A stretch of 20,198 nt of DNA from Promethearchaeota archaeon (GTDB lineage Archaea > Asgardarchaeota > Lokiarchaeia > Sigyniarchaeales > SOKP01). Location of the stretch: assembly GCA_004524535.1 (NCBI GenBank), contig SDNY01000065.1, positions 1 through 20,198 on the forward strand, read 5' to 3'. Position numbers and translations under genes: made by a program. Positions within the stretch are counted from its first letter, which is position 1. Every line of letters starts with the position of its first letter. Positions 1-8,664 of the stretch are shown here, piece after piece. A model generated the notes under the pieces. The model ran no database searches and had not been told where the DNA came from. It saw nothing but the letters and a program-made list of their open reading frames with translations.

Positions 1-242
1 GATTTGCTGGATTTACGAACAATGAAGTAAACTATAATTCCTATGACTGGAGACAATAAAAGAATTATAATCCAGAGTTCTCCGTTTAAGTCTCTCTTTA
101 CAGCGTCTTTATAGATATATTGAACTAAAAAGATATATACTATAATTAAAGCTATTGCCAAAATAATTAAAATAGCAATTACAAAGAGTGGTAATGTTGT
201 CATCACTTCTCTTTCTAATAATACCATTTTCCTTTCCTCCAT
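1..242 (-). CDS. Small membrane protein with PLDc_N-like domain, running off the window edge
   Basis: Not in the ORF track. Manual translation from ATG 242 (alternative in-frame ATG at 227, preceded by GGAGG): MEERKMVLLEREVMTTLPLFVIAILIILAIALIIVYIFLVQYIYKDAVKRDLNGELWIIILLLSPVIGIIVYFIVRKSSK. The 'YKDAxxR...W.......P..G...Y...R' pattern is typical of PLDc_N. No stop before position 1. Confidence 0.75.
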   Translation of the reverse strand, partial: MEERKMVLLEREVMTTLPLFVIAILIILAIALIIVYIFLVQYIYKDAVKRDLNGELWIIILLLSPVIGIIVYFIVRKSSK

Positions 243-335
243 TTTTTTTTATTCATAAGTTATTTTTTTTACTTATTATTTATAGGAAAATACTAATCAT
301 ATTTAACTCATATTTAGTCCCATTTTTAAAATAAT

Positions 336-437
336 TATATCTCAAAAGAAATCGTGGAATTACATGGTGGAAGGATCTTTGTTGAATCTGAAGGGAGAAA
401 TCAAGGGGCTAAATTTATAGTGCGTCTCCCTATATAA
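336..437 (+). pseudogene. Remnant 3' end of a sensor histidine kinase (HATPase_c C-terminus)
   Basis: Translates YISKEIVELHGGRIFVESEGRNQGAKFIVRLPI*, the characteristic post-G2-box end of histidine kinases. The preceding GxGLGL motif and the rest of the gene are absent, and an in-frame TAA lies just upstream (327-329). Confidence 0.8.
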
Positions 438-547
438 CGGAATATAATAAGACCTGTTTGAATATGAGACATAATATTATTATCCATAAAATTTGAAATT
501 TTAAAAATATTTAATTTAATTAAATAATAATTTAATTGGTTTTATGA

Positions 548-1352
548 ATGAGTCAGAATTTAGAACGATATTGGGAATTTGGGAAAAAATTTGAGCAGTT
601 TTTAAGACCAGCTACTTTTCCACTAGCAATCAAATTGATTAAAACAAAAGATGAGATTCCCCCAAACAGTAGGAGTCCCAAAGAGAATTTAAAGCTTCAA
701 AATTTTTTATGTCAAAATTTTACGGATGGACGATTTCCCGATTGCAGTTACGGAAGAGGATTGTGTGTGTAAATTGGCTAGAAGTATATATGGGTGGGAT
801 GTAATTACTGAAAAAATGGCACAATGGGGAAATAAATTCAATATAGGGCTCTATGCTAAAGATTTAGAAACTTCTAAAAAAATACAAAAACACGTTTATA
901 TATTTACTAATGAATACATAGGCCTTGTAATTTCACCCCTCACGCGAACTAAAGTGGAACCAGATGTTGTTCAAATCTATTGTACACCTGCTCAAGCAAT
1001 GCGGTTAACTCAAGCATATCTTTATATGGAAGGAGGGATTCTTAGATTCACAGACATAGGAAGGATGGGATCTTGTCATATTGGTGTAATAAAAACCTTT
1101 CAAACTAATAAACCTCAATTAGTAATGCTGGGAAATGGAGATCGTGTTTGGGGCGGCGCAGAAGATTATGAAGTCATGTATTCTATTCCACGGAGTAAAT
1201 TAAATATTATTATAGAGGGCTTAGAAGCAACTCATAAAGCAGGATTGAGATATCCAATACCTAAATATATGAATTATAAGCCGGGGTTCCAAACGGCTTT
1301 TGAGAAAAGGACAAAAAAAAGAGCAGGGGGCACAATTCTTAAAGAAAATTAG
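548..1352 (+). pseudogene. DUF169-family protein, frameshifted at about 719-743 (pseudogene or assembly error)
   Basis: ORF 548-772 gives the N-terminus (FPLAIKL...FLCQ). ORF 726-1352 gives the rest (IAVTEEDCVC, PDVVQIYCTPAQAMRL, C...GDR). The expected YGWTI lies in the third frame at 721-735. Confidence 0.75.
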
Positions 1353-1385
1353 TTCAGTTTTTATTTAACCAATCAAGATTGTCTT

Positions 1386-2405
1386 TTAATTGATAATTTT
1401 AAGTTTATATTTTTCCATAAATCCTGCCACGGGGATAAATTCGTTGTCTACCATGCAAAGTTTTATTTTAAGGTTATTCATCAGAGATTCATAGGTTGAT
1501 TGGGTAATCTCACGTATGGGATTACCCCAAATATAAAGTTCTTTAAGTGATTTTAAATCTTCCAAGTTTTCTAGTCTATTAATTTTATTTTCAGAAAGAT
1601 CCAAATGTTCAAGATTCGGTAAATTTTCAAGATTTTCTAATTTAGTGATTTCATTATGATTTAAGTCGAGCCAGTTTAACTTTTCAAGTCCATTAAGATT
1701 CTCTATTTTTGATATTTGGTTATAACCGAGCATAATCCTTTCTAAATTACTTAAATTGCTAAGATTATCAATATCTTTAATTTCGTTATTATACAAAACA
1801 AATTCTCTTAGATTTGTTAGATAATCAAGTCCGGAAATTTTTGTTATTGAATTTGAAGCAAGATTAATATAATTGAGTGATTTAGGTAAGATTAAACTAT
1901 CAATGGCTAGGATATAATTATTATGCAAATCCAAATCCGACAAATTGCCCAAGCTTGATAAATTTGCGTCTTCTTCTATCTGATTTTCAGCTAGATTTAG
2001 TTTTTCAAGATTTTTCAGATTGTCAATCCCTTCAATTCTTTTTATCCGGTTGAAAGAGAGATTTAGTTCAATTAAATTTACGTTTTGATCTAAATTTTCG
2101 ATTTTTTCTATACACGCATTATGAATTCCTAATGTCTTTAGATTTTTCAAAAAATCAAGATTTTCAATTTTCGAAATTTTATTACCAAAAAGAGAGAGAG
2201 ATTCAAGTTGAGGAAAAAGGTGAGTATGCTCAATTTTTTCTATTTGAACATCTAGATCATGTTGTATCAGACTTATACTTTTTAAATTTGGAAAGATTTC
2301 AAATTCTTTTAAATTCTTAACTGGTATATAGGCAAGTCTTAAATATGTGATATCTTTTTCATACTTTTTACCATAAAATGTGATTTGCTCTTTTTCCTCG
2401 CTCAT
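1386..2405 (-). CDS. Leucine-rich repeat protein (SDS22-like 22-aa repeats)
   Basis: About 11-12 tandem LxxLxxLxLxxNxIxxIxxL repeats ending in a 'GNPI' cap. Confidence 0.93.
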   Translation of the reverse strand: MSEEKEQITFYGKKYEKDITYLRLAYIPVKNLKEFEIFPNLKSISLIQHDLDVQIEKIEHTHLFPQLESLSLFGNKISKIENLDFLKNLKTLGIHNACIEKIENLDQNVNLIELNLSFNRIKRIEGIDNLKNLEKLNLAENQIEEDANLSSLGNLSDLDLHNNYILAIDSLILPKSLNYINLASNSITKISGLDYLTNLREFVLYNNEIKDIDNLSNLSNLERIMLGYNQISKIENLNGLEKLNWLDLNHNEITKLENLENLPNLEHLDLSENKINRLENLEDLKSLKELYIWGNPIREITQSTYESLMNNLKIKLCMVDNEFIPVAGFMEKYKLKIIN

Positions 2406-2491
2406 AGTTAATAACTATAATGATTAATTCATTATAATAATTATATAATGCAAGCTGTTATTGCGAAATTTCAAATGATTTTCAAGTATCA

Positions 2492-3523
2492 TTACTTATT
2501 TATTGAATATAAAGCTTCTGCTAAGTCTTTAAATGATTTTATTACATTATCTCCTGTTAAAGCTGAAGTTTCAAAATAGACGAGATTAAGTTCTTTAGCA
2601 AGTTGAGACGCTTCTTCTTCAGAAACGACTCTTTCATTGCGGAGATCAGATTTATTTCCTAAAATGAATCCGATGGGCTTTTCTCGAATATTTACATATT
2701 TGGCGATGTCATTATACCAGCGTTTAATATTATTAAAAGAATCAGCATTAGTTAAATCAAATACCAATATAACTCCTTGTGCGCCATCATAAAAAGCATC
2801 TCGCATGATATCAAATTTCTGTTGTCCAGCAATATCCCATAAGACTAATTGAATTAACTTTAAATCTTTTATGCGTATGACTTTATTACTTACATGAACT
2901 CCCATAGTAGAGATATATGTCCTTTTAAACGCATTTTCAGTAAATCTAAGGACAAGGCTCGTTTTACCTACATGGGGATCTCCGCAAATAATTATTTTAA
3001 ATTGGTAATTTATTACTTCCTGTTTACTTATTTTCTTTTTAGGAAACTGCTCAGTTAATTCTTTTGTACGCAAATCTTCCAAGATATTTAAAATATTTAT
3101 ACGAAGTTGCTCGATTTCTTGATAAATAGATTCTTTATTTGTTTCAAGATCTTTTAATTCAATGATTTTCTGGGCAAAATGATTAAATGGAGATTCAAAA
3201 TATTCCATCCCTTTATAAAAAACAACATCATTGAATTCTTTAAACAATAGGGTAATTATAGTAAATTTTACGCCCCCCCGTTGAGTTTCATCTTTTATCT
3301 GAATATATTTACTAATTGCCTTTAAATTCAATGATGGAAATGGAAGCACTAATAATGATGTTGGAACATTTCCTTTATCGGCTGCCAGAAGAACACTAGT
3401 TTTTATACAGACGTTCATTTTAAGATCTTCAGGAATATCGGAAGGAACCCATAAGATAGGAGCTGGCCCTATTTGGTCATGAATTTCACTAAAAATAATC
3501 CCTGTTATTATATCTTGTTCCAT
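2492..3523 (-). CDS. Rab/Ras-like small GTPase fused to an N-terminal uDENN/longin-like domain
   Basis: C-terminal G1 GDPHVGKT, G2 STMG, G3 WDIAGQ, G4 NKSD, G5 TSAL. The N-terminal 'IIFSEIHDQIGP...W.P' resembles the start of uDENN/NPRL2-type longin domains (by eye). Confidence 0.9.
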   Translation of the reverse strand: MEQDIITGIIFSEIHDQIGPAPILWVPSDIPEDLKMNVCIKTSVLLAADKGNVPTSLLVLPFPSLNLKAISKYIQIKDETQRGGVKFTIITLLFKEFNDVVFYKGMEYFESPFNHFAQKIIELKDLETNKESIYQEIEQLRINILNILEDLRTKELTEQFPKKKISKQEVINYQFKIIICGDPHVGKTSLVLRFTENAFKRTYISTMGVHVSNKVIRIKDLKLIQLVLWDIAGQQKFDIMRDAFYDGAQGVILVFDLTNADSFNNIKRWYNDIAKYVNIREKPIGFILGNKSDLRNERVVSEEEASQLAKELNLVYFETSALTGDNVIKSFKDLAEALYSINK

Positions 3524-3751
3524 GTTAAGTTTGTTTTTTAATTATGATCTATGAAACTTGAGGTTTTCATTTTTAAGAATAATCTTAACCTAAAGAATTA
3601 TCTAAAACAAAAAAATTTATATTTTTAACTTTAACGCTTTTTGAAAAACAATTTTAATTTTTGTTGTGAGAAGAATAATACTCCGATATTACTCTTATTT
3701 TTTTTTTATATATCTTAATAATATTGAATTAATATTAATTTTTTTAAGATT

Positions 3752-4522
3752 ATGGCTATAAGAGATATAATAATTATCAAAGACGGGATTCCATTGTTAT
3801 CTAAGAACTTCTCTAATTCTGAACAGTTATTTTCTAAAACTGACGATCTCATTATGATTTCTGGTTTTTTTTCTGCGTTAAATTCATTTTCTGACCAATT
3901 TGATAATTTAGGTTCAATATGTGAATTAAGGCTTTCCAATAGTGAGTCCAAATTATCTTTTTTAAGAGATCAAAGTATTCCTAACTTGGTTTATTTGGCT
4001 ACATTTGACGAGAAATCGAAAGGTGTAAATGTTCAACGTTATTTGAGAAAGATTTCCAATACTTTTTTAAAAAAATATAATATTGATCAAATAACGAAAT
4101 GGCATGGTAGAGCTAACACGTTTAAATCTTTTGAGGAGATAATTGAACGATTTGTTGATGATGAGAAAAAAGAATCTGAAGTAAAATTTAAAGAAAAAGT
4201 AGTTAAGCTTTTTAATAATGTAAAAGAAAAAATTGAAGATGATAAGATTATTTCTGAGTCAAAGAATTCACTAGATTTAAAAATTGAAAAAGTTAAAGAG
4301 GAAAAAGTTCCTAAATTTTATAAATTTATTCCTATTTTTAAAGTTTCGAAAAATATTAATCCTAAATATTATCTAACGGGAAAAATTTCTCAAAAAGTAT
4401 ACAATCATATCGATGGAAAAAAGTCCATTATACAAATTGCAAAGGAATTAGATGCTAATCCAGAAAATGTGTATAAAATCTGCAAAAACTTAATTAAGCT
4501 TGGGTTTATTTGGGAAAAATAA
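3752..4522 (+). CDS. Longin-like domain protein with C-terminal winged helix-turn-helix
   Basis: N-terminal 'IIIIKDGIPLLSKNF...LISGFFSALNSF'-type longin pattern (here MISGFFSALNSF). C-terminal 'IDGKKSIIQIAKEL....VYKICKNLIKLGFI' wHTH. Confidence 0.75.
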   Translation: MAIRDIIIIKDGIPLLSKNFSNSEQLFSKTDDLIMISGFFSALNSFSDQFDNLGSICELRLSNSESKLSFLRDQSIPNLVYLATFDEKSKGVNVQRYLRKISNTFLKKYNIDQITKWHGRANTFKSFEEIIERFVDDEKKESEVKFKEKVVKLFNNVKEKIEDDKIISESKNSLDLKIEKVKEEKVPKFYKFIPIFKVSKNINPKYYLTGKISQKVYNHIDGKKSIIQIAKELDANPENVYKICKNLIKLGFIWEK

Positions 4523-4603
4523 TCTAAATGAAGAATATTTATAAATTCAAATGATTAATAATAACTAACTCATATAGATTGTTGAATAAAATGTGATTAT
4601 AAA

Positions 4604-5254
4604 TTGTCAAATACTGATGAAAATAAAATTTTAGCTAAATTCGGTTTATTATGCCCAATATTAGCGATATTATATTTTGTTTTTGTTGTCATCAGTATAA
4701 TTGGAGCACTTTCTCTACATCTTCTTCGATTGGTTTTAGATATTAGTTTCGTTTTACAAATGGGAATATTAGCATTTATTATAGTAGGAGCAAGGATAGT
4801 CGGTAAAGCTGGAAGCACTCTAAATAACAAAAATCTACTTAATTTTCGCACTTATATAATTATAGGTTCAGTTTTGATAACTTTTGGCGGACATTGGCTC
4901 GGTATTCTTTATCCCATAGGAATTAATATAATTGAAGATAGAGCAACAAGCGGAGGTGCTGGAACGCCTGAAGCAATAGCAGTATATATTACTTGGGGAA
5001 TAATAATACTGATTGGACTGATAATAATGATTATTGGTAGTGTATTTAATATTATAGCGTGGGGGCGGTTGAAAAATTTTTTCGACGCTAATATGGTAAA
5101 ATTTTCCGGAAATATTGGAGAGAGTGCAAAAAAAGGAGCTTTTGTATGTCAACTTGGTGCAATATTTTCTCTAACATTTTTTCTATCCCTTGTTGGAAAT
5201 CTATTAAATGTAATAGGTTATCTCATGTTATTAAAATTAAAGGATGCGGAATAG
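4604..5254 (+). CDS. Integral membrane protein (about 5 TM, DUF973/DUF996-like)
   Basis: Several long hydrophobic segments and a TTG start. The family assignment is tentative. Confidence 0.7.
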   Translation: MSNTDENKILAKFGLLCPILAILYFVFVVISIIGALSLHLLRLVLDISFVLQMGILAFIIVGARIVGKAGSTLNNKNLLNFRTYIIIGSVLITFGGHWLGILYPIGINIIEDRATSGGAGTPEAIAVYITWGIIILIGLIIMIIGSVFNIIAWGRLKNFFDANMVKFSGNIGESAKKGAFVCQLGAIFSLTFFLSLVGNLLNVIGYLMLLKLKDAE

Positions 5255-5355
5255 TCGATCGGAAATCTCATGCCGATTTTAATTAAATTAGAAGTTTTTA
5301 ATTAATAATTTTTCTTTTTAATTATAAAAAATAGTGAGAAACAACTCTATAGATT

Positions 5356-5661
5356 TTATTTATGTTTTCTTCTCTGTTGTTGCTTCTTTTTTCTTTGTTC
5401 TGCCTCTTGGACTTCTTCTTCTAATTGCATTAATCCAACATCATCCTTTCCTGTAAATTTAAACTCTCCGACTATTTTACTTTCTTCTTTTTCACCGGAT
5501 TTTGAGACTTTTTCAAAAGATAGGATAACTGGTTGATCTTGATTGAGTGCTAGATTTACAAAATTTATAAAACCCAAATGTTTACTTGGGGCAATATTAA
5601 ACTTCATACACACTTCTTTATTTTTCTTCGTTCTTGTTTTTAATACTAACCTCAATTTCAT
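5356..5661 (-). CDS. Hypothetical protein with charged C-terminal tail
   Basis: 101-aa ORF filling the intergenic space, with plausible composition and no recognisable motif. Confidence 0.7.
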   Translation of the reverse strand: MKLRLVLKTRTKKNKEVCMKFNIAPSKHLGFINFVNLALNQDQPVILSFEKVSKSGEKEESKIVGEFKFTGKDDVGLMQLEEEVQEAEQRKKKQQQRRKHK

Positions 5662-5761
5662 CGTAAGTATTCTCAGATATTTGTTTTAATTATTTATTTA
5701 AAAGAATCATCATAATTAAAATTTAAAGTAAATAATAATTTAAATCATAATAGCATACGAA

Positions 5762-6406
5762 ATGCCTTCGAAATTACGTGTAAGATATATATTTCGACCA
5801 TTAGTTAATCTCATAGCGAAAGGTTTAAGCAAAATAGGTGTTGCACCTAATGTTGCAACTATTTTAATGCTTATTTTTGCAGTATTCAGCTTTATTTCCC
5901 TAGTTTTTTTTTATAATCTTCTCTATTTTGCAATTTTCATATTTATTACTGGAATTATGGATGGATGTGATGGTGCTATTGCCCGATTAACAAATAAATC
6001 AACTAAATTTGGTGGTTTTTTCGATTCTATTATGGATCGAGTCTCGGAGTTTATTATTTTTCTTGGACTTTTTATTTTTTGTTGGGATCAGTTACTTTGG
6101 AATCTAATTGACATGAAGCTTATTATTTTTATAAGCTTTTTAGCTAGTATCATGATAAGTTATACTCGCTCAAGAGCAGAGAATTTTTATAAAGGGGATT
6201 TCGATATTGGATTGATGGCTCGTTCAGAAAGATTATTTTATTTAATGATCACCTCGATAATTGCTTTTTTTTACGGATTTTTTAATGAATTTCTATTTAT
6301 ATTTATGTGGCTTGTAATTGGTACAGCAATATTCAGGTATATCAAACTTTCTTTTTTAATAAAAGAAAATGAAAGAGATAAACTAAAAAACATTCAAAAA
6401 AGTTAG
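5762..6406 (+). CDS. pgsA: CDP-alcohol phosphatidyltransferase (probable archaetidylinositol-phosphate synthase type)
   Basis: Signature DGCDGAIAR-x7-GGFFDSIMDR, plus PN..T and SY.R.RAE motifs, and multiple TM segments. Confidence 0.9.
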   Translation: MPSKLRVRYIFRPLVNLIAKGLSKIGVAPNVATILMLIFAVFSFISLVFFYNLLYFAIFIFITGIMDGCDGAIARLTNKSTKFGGFFDSIMDRVSEFIIFLGLFIFCWDQLLWNLIDMKLIIFISFLASIMISYTRSRAENFYKGDFDIGLMARSERLFYLMITSIIAFFYGFFNEFLFIFMWLVIGTAIFRYIKLSFLIKENERDKLKNIQKS

Positions 6407-6497
6407 AGGATCATTGATTCTAAGTAATTAATTCAAAAAATATAGATTAATATAATTCTTATAATAAATATTAAAAAGTAGTAAAAAAGTCAAATAT

Positions 6498-6725
6498 ATG
6501 AAAAAAAAAAGTCTAAAATGTTATCTTTGTGGCGGTAATATTACACACAACGAGATAACGCAAACTTTTATTTGTACTGAATGCAAAACAACTCATAATT
6601 CGGATATGTTTAATTTAGACATAAAAAATAAAAAGAATCGATACCGTTTAACAAAAATAAAAATATTAGTCGCAATTCTCGCTGCGTTATATGCTTTATA
6701 CTTTTTCCTTAGGCGTATTTATTAA
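6498..6725 (+). CDS. Small zinc-ribbon protein with C-terminal transmembrane helix
   Basis: CYLC...CTEC pair, then ILVAILAALYALYFFL followed by RRIY. Confidence 0.7.
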   Translation: MKKKSLKCYLCGGNITHNEITQTFICTECKTTHNSDMFNLDIKNKKNRYRLTKIKILVAILAALYALYFFLRRIY

Positions 6726-6732
6726 AGAAGGT

Positions 6733-7449
6733 TTAATCTTTATTTTTAATTAATTCAATTATTACTTTATCCCCATCTTTTAAACTCAACTCATCGCGCA
6801 AATAGGGTTCAGCTAGTATCTCTATTGTATTTATTTTATGATGTGTTCTTTCGATGTCTAATATAGCAGCTTTGATTTTATTTTTCCTATCGTCTAATCT
6901 TGAAATAAAGCAATTATAACAATGAACATTACCATAACTTCTTTCTGAATTTTCATCTTTAAATCCATCAATTATAATTGGAACACTATTTTCTAAATTT
7001 TCTCTTAAGAGTGAGATATTAAGATCGCTCATCTCTAAATTTAAAGTTCCAAGATAAGGTAAGAAGTCCAGCTTCTCTTGAAATTGATTGTAATATCCTT
7101 TAATTGCAACATAATAACCACCTTCTCCAATACCTTCTGTGACTTCGCCCACTATTAAGATGCTCTCGAGAATTTTTTTTAGAGTTTTATAGACTTTCAG
7201 CATTATATCAGCGCCTTTTTTTGGAATTCTTATAATTTGAGTCTTTCCCTTAATTTTTCTTTCAATCCATCCTAATTTTTCTAAATCTTGAATTCGTCTA
7301 GATGCGGTTTGTTGACTGATTCCGATAATTTCACCAAGTTCAACACTACTAATATGGATAGATTTTTGATTTCCTATTTGTTGACAAAGATGATATAGTG
7401 TAAACCAATTCGCGTAATTATCTGGGATAATATTCCCTTTTTTTGACAT
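6733..7449 (-). CDS. ribK: CTP-dependent riboflavin kinase with N-terminal HTH (RbkR type)
   Basis: HTH 'SSVELG..IGISQQTASRRI..LE..GWI' and kinase motifs G.V..G.GEG.YY, PYLGTLN, RTHH, EILA..YLR..L.LKDGD. Confidence 0.95.
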   Translation of the reverse strand: MSKKGNIIPDNYANWFTLYHLCQQIGNQKSIHISSVELGEIIGISQQTASRRIQDLEKLGWIERKIKGKTQIIRIPKKGADIMLKVYKTLKKILESILIVGEVTEGIGEGGYYVAIKGYYNQFQEKLDFLPYLGTLNLEMSDLNISLLRENLENSVPIIIDGFKDENSERSYGNVHCYNCFISRLDDRKNKIKAAILDIERTHHKINTIEILAEPYLRDELSLKDGDKVIIELIKNKD

Positions 7450-7453
7450 AATA

Positions 7454-7460
7454 TCACCTT
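7454..7460 (-). promoter_or_regulatory. Shine-Dalgarno-like sequence of ribK
   Basis: AAGGTGA, 4 nt upstream of the ribK ATG, within the 15-nt ribL-ribK gap. Confidence 0.6.
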
Positions 7461-7464
7461 ATTA

Positions 7465-7908
7465 TCAATAACTTTTTTTTGAATTTTCAATAATTTTTTT
7501 TTTTATTAAACTAGAACTATGCAATTTGAACTTATCATAAAAATTTTCTAACCTTTTTACTTCAATATGATTCAAGCCTTTCATTTTAAGAGCTGTTTGA
7601 AGCTTTTCAACGCTAAATTTTTGGTCTGGACCTAAAAGAATTATATCAGGCTTTATTTCTGCCACAGTCTTAAGAGTATCGTTATCATGCCTTCCTAGTT
7701 TTACGTCTTTAACGTTTTTAAGTGATTTCATCAATTCTAATCTTTGCTGTTCTGGAACGATTGGAGCTTCTCCTGAATATAATTCTCTATTTTTATCTGT
7801 AGCGACAATAACATAGACATCTCCTAATTTGGCAGCTTCATTTATCAAAAAAATGTGACCTGGATGTAAAATATCAAATGTACCTGCGATTAGAACTTTT
7901 TTAGGTAT
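7465..7908 (-). CDS. ribL: FAD synthase (cytidylyltransferase family); true start lies upstream of the track ORF, probably ATA at 7908
   Basis: The frame extends upstream of 7848 as (I/M)PKKVLIAGTFDILHPGHIFLINEA, containing the HxGH motif. Also KPDIILLGPDQ and SSS.IK. Adjacent to ribK. Confidence 0.9.
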   Translation of the reverse strand: MPKKVLIAGTFDILHPGHIFLINEAAKLGDVYVIVATDKNRELYSGEAPIVPEQQRLELMKSLKNVKDVKLGRHDNDTLKTVAEIKPDIILLGPDQKFSVEKLQTALKMKGLNHIEVKRLENFYDKFKLHSSSLIKKKIIENSKKSY

Positions 7909-7964
7909 TTTATATCAGCTCATATTTAATTTTTTCAATCATTTAATCAAAATTATTATATATT

Positions 7965-8573
7965 TTATTCCTTTTTCAAATTTTGATTTAGCCTGTTAAT
8001 TTGCATAGATAAAGAAACATCTCCTCTCGTTTTTTCTATAATACTTCTTGCTACATCTACTTTATGTCTTAAGTCGTGAATTAATCCCTTAGGATAATCT
8101 AAAGAAAATAAATTTGAATGTATTTCAACCATCCTTTCTAAAATTTTCTCAACATTCTCAATTTCATTGTGTCTAATTTTATCTAAAATATACCGTCGTA
8201 GTTCTCCAATTACATCCGCTAATCCTAAAAGGTAATTTATTTGATTAATACTATAATCGGCTGGATTTGGGAGATTTTGATCATTAATTACTGCAAATAA
8301 GCAAACTGCTTCCATATATTCTTGTTCGGGAGTTTTTAAATACTTATCAAAGATATTGGGATCTTCTTTAACTATATTAATAAGATTTTGGTGTTGTTTT
8401 TTAATTTCGTTAATTTTTTCTTGATAAACTGTAAATTCTTTTCTATGAATTGATTTAATAGCTACGCTACAGTTTCTAATCATAACACGAGATAGCTTTA
8501 AAATATCTTCTCTTTTTTGATCCAACTCATTCAAATTTTTTGTAATTTCTGAAAAAATCTTTTTAAGATTCAT
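7965..8573 (-). CDS. Translin/TRAX family protein (archaeal C3PO-like)
   Basis: RE..LKLSR..IR....AI..IHR, QEYMEA, YLLGLADVIGELRR and LR.KVD motifs. The acidic residues typical of catalytic TRAX-like members are present. Confidence 0.9.
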   Translation of the reverse strand: MNLKKIFSEITKNLNELDQKREDILKLSRVMIRNCSVAIKSIHRKEFTVYQEKINEIKKQHQNLINIVKEDPNIFDKYLKTPEQEYMEAVCLFAVINDQNLPNPADYSINQINYLLGLADVIGELRRYILDKIRHNEIENVEKILERMVEIHSNLFSLDYPKGLIHDLRHKVDVARSIIEKTRGDVSLSMQINRLNQNLKKE

Positions 8574-8664
8574 TCTTTTAGAATAATATATTGAAATGTT
8601 TAAATATCTATATTAAGGATTTTATTAGAATTTTATTGTAGAAGAATCTATAAATGAAAACAAC

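Noticed and set aside
715-744. Programmed -1 frameshift (A AAT TTT) or BHB intron explaining the DUF169 break
   Set aside because: A single -1 shift enters a frame that stops at about 801, so a second shift would be needed. No 4-bp helix with two 3-nt bulges could be drawn, and excision would delete conserved residues.
2132-2320. 62-aa + strand ORF
   Set aside because: Antisense shadow of the LRR gene, with no motif.
3715-3951. 78-aa - strand ORF
   Set aside because: Antisense to the longin-wHTH gene.
4597-5152. Two - strand ORFs (84 and 94 aa)
   Set aside because: Antisense to the membrane protein gene, with no coding hallmarks.
5258-5277. Short inverted repeat ATCGG...CCGAT after the membrane protein stop
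   Set aside because: Only a 5-bp stem with a 10-nt loop, too weak to call a terminator or RNA element.
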